64,000 nucleotides of DNA from positions 1 to 64,000 of the forward strand of contig JAXLNO010002302.1 of assembly GCA_038087875.1 (NCBI GenBank). Reading direction: 5' to 3'. Both the position numbers and the translations under genes were made by a program. Numbering within the stretch: position 1 is the first letter of the stretch; the number at the start of each line of letters is the position of its first letter. This stretch comes from Malacoraja senta. Its lineage: Eukaryota. The notes beneath the pieces were generated by a model. It was not told the origin of the DNA and searched no databases. It was given only the letters and a program-made list of their open reading frames with translations. Positions 11,205-21,860 of the stretch are shown in pieces.

Positions 11205-11997
11205 TGATAAAGCTGAATTATGTTAAAAATATAAGAAAAGCTTACAGCTTATATTTAGTCTCAAATCAGGCTTTTCTCCAGTAGAATGATACAGAAAGGC
11301 AAGTTAAGTTGCCTCGGGTTTTGGGGTATTGAGATAATAAATACCATAACATTGTCTCCCAAGTGAGGAAGTGACAGAGAAAGAAACAGCTAGTCACATC
11401 TTTGAAGTAAGATGCCATGAACCAAATGACCAATGTTTATGGGGGAGGAGGCAATAAAGGAAGAGAGAAACAGCTAGTCACATCTTTGAAGTAAGATGCC
11501 GTAAACCAAATGACCAATGTTTAGGAGGGGCGAAGTGATGAGAGAGGATCCAGGGAAGTGGAAAGATAAGATGCCATAAAACAAATGGCCTATGGTTATG
11601 AAGGACCAAGTGACAGAGAGGAAACAGCGAAAGAACTAGGGTGATCTCTTTGAAGATAAAATGAATTAAAACAAATGGCCAATGTTTTTAGTATATCATA
11701 ACCTGTAAACAAAAGGCCTTTGATGTGATGCCTTTTCCTGTACCTCTGACCATGACTAATGTCTGTGGAATGTGCTAATGTGACAAAGAAACACTATATA
11801 ATGCGATGTAATTCTGTTGTTCAGAGAAGGGGACCGAGGACAGTCGAGTGTCTACATTGGTCACTTAGCTGGAATTCTCGCTCCCTTCCATCGGCCGATG
11901 TTAAGTAAAGTTTTGAACTGGTCTACCAAACAGTTTGTGTGGTGTCTGTTTATTAAGAAGCGAACCTGGTTTAGTAGTTATAAAAGTAACTTTTTCA
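11205..11997 (+). repeat. ERV 5' LTR (793 bp)
   Basis: Near-identical to 15904-16696; TATA-like CTATATAA at about 11793 and AGTAAA at about 11905. Confidence 0.95.
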
Positions 11998-11998
11998 T

Positions 11999-12015
11999 TG
12001 GCGTAGTTATGCAGG
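11999..12015 (+). promoter_or_regulatory. Primer-binding site, probably for tRNA-Ser
   Basis: TGGCGTAGTTATGCAGG compared with TGGCGTAGTCGGCAGG, the complement of the vertebrate tRNA-Ser 3' end; it lies directly after the LTR. Confidence 0.65.
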
Positions 12016-12200
12016 CCTCGCTGGGACCACATCAACGGCTGACTGTGCAAGAGGTTGCAGAGGTTGCCGGGATTGGAAGGGAGATAACTGAGCTCTATCG
12101 GCCCCCTTGTAAGACCGACTCCCTAGAAACTCCCGGGAACGTCTGTGATCCTTCATCAGAGGTTGATCCAGGTTCCCTGCCGAGGTTCTTAGAAACAGAC

Positions 12201-12210
12201 CAAGGTAAGA
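12201..12210 (+). promoter_or_regulatory. Putative retroviral major splice donor
   Basis: CAAG|GTAAGA in the leader between the PBS and gag. Confidence 0.5.
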
Positions 12211-12725
12211 CCAGTTGGGCTTTATAGGGTTTTTTTTTAAGAAGGGATTGTGTATGTATTTTTAAGACAGAATTGTGCATGTATTTTTAAGAAGGGCTTG
12301 TGTATATTGTTAAGAAGGACGTGAGTGGTTTCTCTTTCTCTCTCTCTGTCTATCTCTCTTTGTTTTTTTCTTTTCTCTCTACTAAGGGCTTATCGGCCTC
12401 GTTGAGACATCCGTGTTTTGTCGGGTTGAGATACGGGAGTTGAGGTGTGCGTCTGGCTTATGGAGACATCCGAAGAGTTGTCGGATTGAGAAATAAGTGG
12501 CGTTGTATATTAAAGAGTAAGAAGTCTGCCAGGTTGAGAAACGGGGGTCTCGGTTAGCGGGTCTGCTTCGTTGAGACACTTGGGTCGTATATCAAAGAGG
12601 TAAAAAAAAAAGTCAGCCAAATTGAGAAACTGGGGTCTCGAGTCGCGAGTCGGCCTGGTTGATATATTTGGAACGATTCGGAATTAAGAAGTCTGCTTTC
12701 TCTTTCTCTTTCTCTCTATCTATCT

Positions 12726-13300
12726 ATGGGGAATGCTCTGGATAACAGTGAGGGGGGAACCCCCGTCCAACATATGTGTTATTTGAATCCTAAGTATAAT
12801 AAGAAATTTAGAATGTTAAGTTACAAGTTGACCAAACGGTTGGGGGATGAAGCCTGGCCAGTAGGGGGCACATGGAATGTCGAGACAATTAAAAAAGCAG
12901 AAATGTTGATATGGGAAAGGAAGGCAGGAAAGAAATGGAAGAAGGGAATTAAGACGTGGAAAGCAGAAGCAGAGAAGAAGCATGAGGAGAGAGTAGAGAT
13001 CGAAGTTGGATGGATACTGCGTGTAAACAAGGGATAGAGTTACGAAATAAGGATGGCACTATGAAAGAATGGAAAGTATTGCAACTAGAATGCCAGTGGG
13101 CGGAGGAACAAGAGAAAATAATTAAGAGACAGGCAGGAGGTGAGAAACAGGTGATGGTTAGTAAAAATAACCTCAGTACTGGTAAATCCTCTGGAGGAGA
13201 CTTCATGTCTGGCACGACGACCCTGTTTGGTAGTGAAGATGAGGAGTTAGATAATCCTGGGAGATGTCCACCTCCCTACGTCCTACCAGTAGCGATGGCA
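12726..13300 (+). pseudogene. ERV gag N-terminal (matrix) remnant
   Basis: Begins MGNALD (myristoylation-type MG start) and contains WPVGGTW and a PPPY motif; frameshifted, with most of gag and all of RT missing. Confidence 0.7.
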
Positions 13301-13399
13301 TACTTACCTGTGGCAGCTCCGTCAGTAATATCCCTATACCTTGAAGTTCTGACCTTACAAAGCTCCCCAGGATTGGGAGCACGGGAATGCCTTTCTGTG

Positions 13400-14278
13400 C
13401 GTTATTTGCTTAAGGCATTGATGATACCAGAACAGCGGACCATTATTAAATGTGCTGCACACACTGGTGCTGGGGACCCTATAACAAAAGGCAATGCATT
13501 TGCCGATAGTGTAGCCAAACAAGCAGCCTATGCATACAAATGCTTAGTGACAGCAGGTAAACAGATGCTAGCAAATAGAACGGTCCTGCCAAACATGAGG
13601 GAGGTATGTACATTACAGAGGGACGCCTCTGATAACCCAAAACAACTATGGAAACAAGAGGGCTGTGCCATTGATTCGGCTCACCCCGCTTGGACAAGTT
13701 GGTGTATCTGATGCATTTTTACCTGTTTTACTAACATATATTCACTCTCTTACCCATGCTGGTAAGGAGGGAATGATAAGGATGACAAAGGAAACGTGGT
13801 GGCACCTAAAAATCCGGCAAGAGGCACTGAAGCAGGCCTCTGAATGTAAAATTTGCCAACGAAATAATCCAGGCAAACCAATTAGGATACCCTCAGGGGT
13901 GACACCAATGCCATCACGACCGTTTGAATGCATACAGATTGATTTTATTGAAATGCCAAGGGCCCAGTGTTATAAATATTGCTTAGTGATTTTAGATTAT
14001 TTAGAAGGTGGATTGAAGCTCTACCAACCACTAATGATACTGCTGAGACTACAGTAACATTGGTGTTAAGGGAAGTTATTCCCAGGTTTGGCCTACCTAC
14101 TGTCATAAGCTTGGACAATGGTCCCCATTTTATTGCCACTATTAATAAGGAAATATGTACACATTTTTATATCCGACAGCAATTTCACTGTGTACATCAC
14201 CCACAGGCATCTGGGATGGTGGAAAGAGCCTATGGGGCATTGCAAAACAAAATTACCCCGGGGGAATCCTTTTTCTGA
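13400..14278 (+). pseudogene. ERV pol remnant: RNase H C-terminus and integrase HHCC/core
   Basis: IIKCAAHT...GNAFADSVAKQAA; HSLTHAG...CKICQ; QIDFIEM; VIPRFGLPTVISLDNGPHF. Confidence 0.9.
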
Positions 14279-15152
14279 CAAGCAACTATGTTATAGAAAA
14301 ATTGGGGATGAAGACAAATTCGGTGGAGAAATGAGGATAGGATAGGGAGACTGAAAAGTCACGGGGAGTCTGAATAATCATGATCTGGATCAAAGTATAA
14401 TTAGGGTTAGGTAACCAGGATTCTGGTAAACAGAAGTCTTGTCAGAAAAAGGGAAAGTAAATTACAAAGAGACGTCTTTGAAGATGAAATATTATATACT
14501 GCTGGTAAAACAATTTTTTTGTGTGTATGTACTGCTTGTAAAACAATGTTTTTTCTATGTGGAATGTGTGAAATTTGAAGCAATGAGCAAAAGTGTGAGT
14601 CCCTTTAAGAACAGTTTGTCCTTTAAAATGCAAATGAACAGGCAGGTTATGGTGTGTTCCTTTAAGACACTGCCATGAATGGGGGGTGGAGTTATACTCA
14701 AATGATAAAATGTGTTGGAGCAAATGATAAAATGTGTTGGTTGTTATAAATCTTTTGAGCCGAGTTCAAAAAGAGACTCATCCCAATTAAAGTGTTAAAT
14801 GAGATTGGAAATGTCAAAATTACAGAGAAAAAGAAAATGTATTATTGATTACTGATTCTGAGTGAGTTCTTTTGGGATTGTTTTGATGTGATAACAGAGG
14901 TTGTCCTTGAAGCAAGATTATGGTCTGCAGACGAACAAAGGTGTTGAAGCATGTGCTGTGTAAGGGAAATGAATGTACATGTAAAATTGTCTTATGGCTT
15001 ACAAAAGGGGGTTTGAGGGATCTCATAATGAGGGATAAAAGGTGAGAAGATAAGTAAATTGGGGAAGAGAACATATTTGGAGAATTTAATATTTAGGTGG
15101 GGAGAGCCTCTTCAGATATAATCGGATTAAAGAATAAGTTCACAGAGAAGTG

Positions 15153-15290
15153 TTTAAGAAGGAACTGCAGATGCTGGAAAATCAAAGGTAGACAAAAGTG
15201 CTGGAGAAACTCAGGGGATGAAGCAGCATCAAAGGAGCGAAGGAAATAGGCATCATTTTGGGCCGAAGCCCTTCTTCAGAGTAGATTGGG
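15153..15290 (-). mobile_element. Penelope pseudo-LTR fragment inside the ERV
   Basis: Reverse complement of CTGAAGAAGGGCTTCGGCCC...TTCCTTCGCTCC...GATGCTGC...GAGTTTCTCCAGCAC. Confidence 0.75.
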
Positions 15291-15299
15291 GTCATTCAA

Positions 15300-15650
15300 C
15301 TGCAGCTAGAGAAACAGAATTTACAACTTTTTTATTGATACAGGAAAGGCTGCTGTGCCCACCCCCTGGAGAGTGGGGGGAAGCCACCTACAGGCCCTGG
15401 GCAATTAACTAATTATGTATGGACAGCAATTAACCCAGGTCTTGCCAGATCTGCATTCCCAGGTTAGAGGAGCTGTGAGCACAGGGACGATTCCATAAAG
15501 GCTGCAAAATGACTATGTGCTGGGACAAGAAGAAATTGAGATTGTGTTGAAAGGAACAACCAAGTGCTATCAACAACATAAACTGCTGTGAAGATTGAAG
15601 ATCATCGTCGTTGGATACATTTGATTGACTGTGAACGGTTTGTGGAGCTA
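15300..15650 (+). pseudogene. ERV integrase C-terminal remnant
   Basis: NQVLSTT*TAVKIEDHRRWIHLIDC resembles the GPY/F-adjacent region of class I integrases. Confidence 0.6.
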
Positions 15651-15891
15651 TTGACCCTCTTTTATTCTGGGGTGGCCCACATGGACTGGACTTTCTTCAA
15701 AATGGCAAACTTGCAGACTAACCCACATTTAAAGGATGGTACACACATCCTTTTAAACAAGATTGGAGTCAAACATGACAAATGCAGCAAAGATACCCTG
15801 ACTACAGACAGTGAGATAATTTGCCTGATGAGATGCTTATGGTCTTTCGTATGTACTCGGCAAGGACTGTGGTTATTATCAAGATTTTGAT

Positions 15892-15903
15892 AAAAGGATG
15901 GAA
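15892..15903 (+). promoter_or_regulatory. Polypurine tract
   Basis: AAAAGGATGGAA immediately before the 3' LTR. Confidence 0.7.
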
Positions 15904-16696
15904 TGATAAAGCTGAATTATGTTAAAAATATAAGAAAAGCTTACAGCTTATATTTAGTCTCAAATCAGGCTTTTCTCCAGTAGAATGATACAGAAAGGCA
16001 AGTTAAGTTGCCTCGGGTTTTGGGGTATTGAGATAATAAATACCATAACATTGTCTCCCAAGTGAGGAAGTGACAGAGAAAGAAACAGCTAGTCACATCT
16101 TTGAAGTAAGATGCCATGAACCAAATGACCAATGTTTATGGGGGAGGAGGCAATAAAGGAAGAGAGAAACAGCTAGTCACATCTTTGAAGTAAGATGCCG
16201 TAAACCAAATGACCAATGTTTAGGAGGGGCGAAGTGATGAGAGAGGATCCAGGGAAGTGGAAAGATAAGATGCCATAAAACAAATGGCCTATGGTTATGA
16301 AGGACCAAGTGACAGAGAGGAAACAGCGAAAGAACTAGGGTGATCTCTTTGAAGATAAAATGACCTAAAACAAATGGCCAATGTTTTTAGTATATCATAA
16401 CCTGTAAACAAAAGGCCTTTGATGTGATGCCTTTTCCTGTACCTCTGACCATGACTAATGTCTGTGGAATGTGCTAATGTGACAAAGAAACACTATATAA
16501 TGCGATGTAATTCTGTTGTTCAGAGAAGGGGACCGAGGACAGTCGAGTGTCTACATTGGTCACTTAGCTGGAATTCTCGCTCCCTTCCATCGGCCGATGT
16601 TAAGTAAAGTTTTGAACTGGTCTACCAAACAGTTTGTGTGGTGTCTGTTTATTAAGAAGCGAACCTGGTTTAGTAGTTATAAAAGTAACTTTTTCA
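15904..16696 (+). repeat. ERV 3' LTR (793 bp)
   Basis: Same length as the 5' LTR; the only difference seen by eye is GAATTAAA versus GACCTAAA. Confidence 0.95.
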
Positions 16697-19190
16697 ACAT
16701 TAGCCTGGAGGATGTGGAATCGATATGGGTAGAGCGGCGAAACACTAAGGGGCAGAAAACGTTAGTGGGAGTGGTGTACCGGCCACCTAACAGTAGTAGT
16801 GGAGATGGGGATGGCATCAAACAGGAAATTAGAAACGCGTGCAAGAAAGGTAAAACCATTATAATGGGTGACTTCAATCTACATATAGATTGGGTGAATC
16901 AAATTGGCAGGGGTGCTGAGGAAGAGGATTTCTTGGAATGTATGCGGGATAGTTTTCTAAACCAACATGTATAAGAACCAACGAGAGAGCAGGCTATTCT
17001 AGACTGGGTATTGAGTAATGAGGAAGGGTTAGTTAGCAATCTTGTTGTGCGTGGTCCCTTGGGCAAGAGTGACCATAATATGGTTGAGTTCTTCATTAGG
17101 ATGGAGAGTGACATTGTTAATTCAGAAACAAAGGTCCTGAACTTAAAGAAAGGTGACTTTGAGGGTATGAGACGTGAATTGGCCAAGATAGACTGGCCAA
17201 TGATTCTTAAAGGGTTGACGGTGGATATGCAATGGAAGGCATTTAAAAACTGCATGGATGAACTACAACAAGTGTTCATCCCAGTTTGGCAAAAGAATAA
17301 ATCAGGGAAGGTAGTGCATCCGTGGATAACAAGGGAAATCAGGAATAGTATCAAAACAAAAGAGGAAGCCTACAACTTAGCCAGAACAAGCAGCCTACCA
17401 GAGGACTGGGAGAAATTCAGAGTCCTGCAGAGGAGGACAAAAGGCTTAATTAGGAAAGGGAAAATAGATTATGAAAGAAAACTGGCAGGGAACATAAAAA
17501 CTGACTGCAAAAGGTTTTATAGATATGTCAAGAGGAAAAGATTAGTTAAAACAAATGTAGGTTCCTTGCAGTCAGAAACAGGCGAATTGATCATGGGGAA
17601 CAAGGACATGGCAGACCAATTGAATAATTACTTTGGTTCTGTCTTCACTAAGGAAGACATAAATAATCTGCCGGAAATAGCAAGGGACCGGGGGTTAAAT
17701 GAGATGGAGGAACTGAGTAAAATCTAGGTTAGCCGGGAAGTGGTGTTAGGTAAATTGAATGGATTAAAGGCCGATAAATCCCCAGGGCCGGATATGTTGC
17801 ATCCCAGAGTACTTAAGGAAGTAGCCGCAGAAATAGTGGATGCATTAGTGATAATTTTTCAAAACTCTTTAGATTCTGGAGTAGTTCCTGAGGACTGGAG
17901 GGTAGCTAATGTAACCCCACTTTTTAAAAAGGGAGGGAGAGAGAAAACGTGGAATTACAGACCAATTAGTGTAACATCGGTGGTGGGGAAAATTCTGGAG
18001 TCAGTTATTAAAGATGGGATAGCAGCACATTTGGAAAGTGGTGAGTTCATTGGACAAAGTCAGCATGGATTTATGAAAGGTAAATCATGTCTGACGAATC
18101 TTATAGAATTTTTCGAGGATGTAACTAGTAGAGTGGATAAGGGAGAACCAGTGGATGTGTTATATCTGGACTTTCAGAAGGCTTTCGAGAAGGTCCCACA
18201 TAAGAGATTAGCACATGGTATTGGGGGTTCAGTATTGATGTGGATAGAGAACTGGCTGGCAGACAGGAAGCAAAGAGTAGGAGTAAACGGGTCCTTTTCA
18301 GAATGGCAGGCAGTGACAAGTGGGGTACCGCAAGGCTCAGTGCTGGGACCCCAGCTATTTACAATATATATTAATGAACTGGATGAGGGAATTGAATGCA
18401 ACATCTCCAAGTTTGCGGATGACACGAAGCTGTGGGGCAGTGTTAGCTGTGAGTAGGATGCTAGGAGGCTGCAAGGTGACTTGGATAGGTTGGGTGAGTG
18501 GGCAATGGCATGGCAGATGCCGTATAATGTGGATCAATGTGAGGTTATCCACTTTGGTGGCAAAAACAGGAAAGTAGACTTATCTGAATGGTGGCCGATT
18601 AGGAAAAGGGGAGATGCAACGAGACCTGGGTGTCATGGTACACCAGTCATTGAAAGTAGGAATGCAGGTGCAGCAGGCAGTGAAGAAAGCAAATGGTATG
18701 TTAGCATTCATAGCAAAATGATTTGAGTATAAGAGCAGGGAGGTTCTACTGCAGTTGTACAGGGTCTTGGTGAGACCACACCTGGAGTATTGCGTACAGT
18801 TTTGGTCTCCTACTCTGAGGAAATACATTCTTGCCATTGAGGGAGTACAGAGAAGGTTCACCAGACTGATTCCTGGGATGGCAGGACTTTCATATGAGGA
18901 AAGACTGGATAGACTCGGCTTGTACACGTTGGAATTCAGAAGACTGAGGGGGGATCTTATAAAAACTTACAAAATTCTTAAGGGGTTGGACAGGCTAGAT
19001 GCAGGAAGATTATTCCTGATGTTGGGGAAGTCCAGAACTAGGGGTCACAGTTTAAGGATAAGAGGGAAGACTTTTAGGACCGAGATGAGGAAATCATTTT
19101 TTACACAGGTGAATCTGTGGAATTCTCTGCCACAGAAGGTAGTTGAGGCCAGTTCATTGGCTATATTTAAGAGGGAGTTAGATGTGGGGG
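16697..19190 (+). pseudogene. CR1 ORF2 remainder (endonuclease end and RT), with stops and frameshifts
   Basis: [70 protein letters not shown]. Confidence 0.92.
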
Positions 19191-19310
19191 TATGGAGAGA
19201 AGGCAGGGATGGGATACTGAGTTGGATGATCAGCCATGATCATATCAAATGGCGGTGCAGGCTCGAAGGGCCGAATGGCCTACTCCAGCACCTATTTTCT
19301 ATCTTTCTAT

Positions 19311-19637
19311 ATGGTGCAACACAATTGTAAAAGCTAACTGTCTCGGGACTGGGCGAGGGATGGTCAAGTTTATAAATAATGTTCTCCTTACTTCTTTTTT
19401 TTTTTTTTTTTTCTCTCTTTTTCCTATTTTCTACTCTTTAACTTTCTTCTTTCATTCTCTTTTCTTCTTCACACACTATATATCCCACGTTTTTCTATAC
19501 TTTATTATCTAATTTCATTTTCTTATTCTTCTTTACTATAATAAAAAAATAAGAAGCTGTACATAAAATGAATTATGAAAATATGATTCTATACAATTGT
19601 ACTTCTAATAAAATAAAAAAAATTAAAAATAAAAAAA
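19311..19637 (+). mobile_element. L1 segment 4: last codons, 3' UTR and poly(A)
   Basis: Continues the L1 frame from 8971 (FLES|YGATQL*), then an AT-rich UTR, AATAAA and an A-tail. Confidence 0.75.
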
Positions 19638-19644
19638 GCGTTCT

Positions 19645-19850
19645 ATGCCTCAGGAGGAGGAGGCCGGTTCTCTGGATACTTTCAAGAGAGAGCTAGATAG
19701 AGCTCTTAAAGATAGCAGAGCCAGGGGATATGGGGAGAAGGCAGGAACGGGGTACTGTTTGTGGATGATCAGACGTAATCATATAGGATGGCGGTGTTGG
19801 CTCGAAGGGCTGAATGGCCTACTCCTGCACCTATTGTCTATGTTTCTATG
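19645..19850 (+). mobile_element. CR1 3'-end fragment
   Basis: EAGSLDTFKRELD...GGATATGGGGAGAAGGCAGGAACGGGGTACTG...CTATGTTTCTATGT tail. Confidence 0.8.
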
Positions 19851-19894
19851 TAAAAGCTTTTCACTCCACATCACCGTCTACATCTCTCCTGCGA

Positions 19895-19990
19895 CTCTTA
19901 GTCTGAGGAAGGGTCTCGACCTGGAAACGTCGCCCATTCCTTCTCTCCAGAGATGCTGCCCGTCCCGCTGAGTTACTGCAGCATTTTGTA
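19895..19990 (+). mobile_element. Penelope pseudo-LTR fragment with hammerhead-like core
   Basis: CTGAGGAAGGGTCTCGACCTGGAAACGTC...GATGCTGCCCGTCCCGCTGAG. Confidence 0.7.
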
Positions 19991-20029
19991 GTCTGGCCCC
20001 CCTTGAGGTTTTGTCTCCGGTTTGCAGCC

Positions 20030-20660
20030 TCTGCAGCTGCTGTGATTGTTGTGATTGTTTCCGCACGTGGTGTAGGAGCCTCGGGGCCGGGGCGGCCACG
20101 CCGTAGCAACCGTTGTTAGGGCGGGATGGGCGGCTCCAATTGGCAGAGGGCGATGTCCGTCCGAGCGGCGGGGCCGCGGCTCAGATTGGTTGGTCGCAAG
20201 GAGGGGGCTGGAACTGGTCCTTTGTGACGTGCGACGAAGAGGCGGGGCCTCCGCTCACCGCCGGGAGCTCAGGTGGGAACAGCCGCCGCCGCCGCTCGGC
20301 CCCGCGTCCTTTCCCCACCCCCTCCTCCATCCCCGAGGGCGATCCTGCGGCCGGTGACCCGAGGAGCTGGAGCCGGAGGCGTGCGGGTGGAGGGGGATGT
20401 CAGTGAGTGAGTCTGGGCGTCCTCTGGTCCTCCGACCGCAGCGTTAACCTGGCGGCGGGAGGCCGTGGTGTAACCTATCCACGTTCCCCACAAACGCTGG
20501 CGGTGCCGGCTACCCCACCGTGACTTCAAGGCGCCGGTCGTGTGGGGCGGGGTATGTCACGGCGCAGGGTGGGGGTACTCACGGGGCAGGGGTACATCAC
20601 GGGGCAGGGGTACGTCATGGCGCAGGGCGGGGGTACGTCACGGGGCAGGGCCGCACCCCT
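20030..20660 (+). promoter_or_regulatory. CpG-island promoter
   Basis: CpG-rich; CCAAT boxes at 20136 and 20185, GC boxes at about 20119 and 20241, RFX-like GTAGCAAC at 20103, CRE-like TGACGT at 20225, and donor-like sites at 20273 and 20403/20407. Confidence 0.65.
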
Positions 20661-21029
20661 TCTTCCTCACCCCGCCCCCTCCCTTCTCCCACGAACACTC
20701 TCCCACCCCCCTCTCCCCTCACTCTTCTCCCCTTCCCCTCACTTCCACTGTCCTCATTCCCTTACCCCACTGGCCTCCTCACCACCTCTGCACTCCTTCC
20801 CCCCCTCACCCCCTCCTCTCCATCCCCCTTCACCCCCCGTCACCCCCTCCCTGTTGGCGGCAGGCTGCGAAGCACCGTGTCTGGCCCTCCGACTGCAGCG
20901 CACCCTCCTTCATCCCTGTTCCCCTCCCCTCACACCCCCACCCCCCCCCCCTTCAAGCACTGACAATGTTCGCGCGTTTGTAATGTCCAGTTAGCCAGCT
21001 TGTTGACCCTCTGTGTTCCCATCCGTCAG

Positions 21030-21099
21030 GGTTTAGGAGCCGTTGCTGTGGAGGGAGAGACGGGGACGTGAGCTGACATTGAGGGAGGCCAGGGTGCCG
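21030..21099 (+). other. Candidate non-coding (5' UTR) exon
   Basis: Bounded by CTCTGTGTTCCCATCCGTCAG| and CCG|GTGAGC; no ATG-led ORF. Confidence 0.35.
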
Positions 21100-21612
21100 G
21101 TGAGCTCCCACATCTGCTTGGTGTGAGGGCTGAGCTTCGAGTGGCTGAGCTACGGTGGAGGACCACATGGCGGGACACAACAAGGAGAAGAGTTATGTGT
21201 GCGACGTGTGTGGTGGTGGTGGTCATTGTGGGGGGATGATTTTAGTGTGCTGTGCCTGTTAGTCTGTGTGCAAGATGGCGGTCGGAGGGGAGAGTGGACG
21301 CTGGCGCGAATTGGTCGCCGCTGCTCTCTCCTCAAATTGTGTTTCTTATTTTCTTTTTCTGCTTTTGTACTTGAATTCTGTCCTTGATTTGTGTACTGTG
21401 GTGTTTTTATATTTAATTTACTCCGATTATGTGTTTTGTATTTTTGTGATTCTATGCCTTGTAAGGTGTCCTTCGGTTTTAGAAAGGTGCCAGTAAATAA
21501 AATGAATTATTATTATTATTATTATTAAATTTGCTGGAGGTGCTGTCACTCTGATGAGGCATTTAGCTGACCTGCTGCTCTGCTCTCGCAAGCCTGCTCT
21601 CTCTCTTCAGTG

Positions 21613-21860
21613 TGGCACGGTGGTGCAGCGGTTAGCTGCTGCCTCACAGCGCCAGAGACCCGGGTTCGATCCTCACTACGGGTGCTGTCTGTGTGGAATT
21701 TGAACGTTCTCCCTGTGACCTCGTGGGTTTCCTCCAAGTGATCCGGTTTCCTCCCACATCCCTAATACATGTGAGTTTGTAGGTTAAATACCTCTGCAAG
21801 ATTGTCGCAAATGTGTAGGGAATGGATGAGAAAGTGGGATAACAGAAGTAGTGTGTACAG
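21613..21860 (+). mobile_element. tRNA-derived HE1/V-SINE-like SINE
   Basis: A-box GGTGGTGCAGCGG, B-box GGTTCGATCC, V-domain GGAATTTGAACGTTCTCCCTGTG. Confidence 0.8.

Larger units (their letters stand above)
11205..16696 (+). mobile_element. Internally deleted endogenous retrovirus (class I, epsilon-like) with two LTRs
   Basis: TG...CA termini, a 4-bp TSD ACAT (11201-11204 and 16697-16700), PBS, PPT, and gag, RNase H and integrase remnants. Confidence 0.92.
8972..19310 (+). mobile_element. Near full-length CR1 LINE, interrupted by an ERV
   Basis: 5' tandem repeats, ORF1 at 9846-10786, ORF2 at 10786-11204 and 16697-19190, then the 3' tail. ORF2 joins across the ERV as IEKKD|ISLEDVESIWVE. Confidence 0.9.

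Noticed and set aside
11817-12227. ORF starting in the LTR (also 16516-16974), a possible viral accessory gene
   Set aside because: It spans R-U5-PBS or runs into CR1, has no recognisable motif, and its two versions diverge at the LTR end.
15588-15890. ERV env gene
   Set aside because: The N-terminal part matches the integrase C-terminus, and no furin site, CX6CC or ISD motif is visible; at most a tiny remnant remains.
21613-21690. tRNA genes at the A-box/B-box motifs (many copies)
   Set aside because: Each continues into a SINE V-domain and tail and lacks a full cloverleaf, so these are SINE heads.
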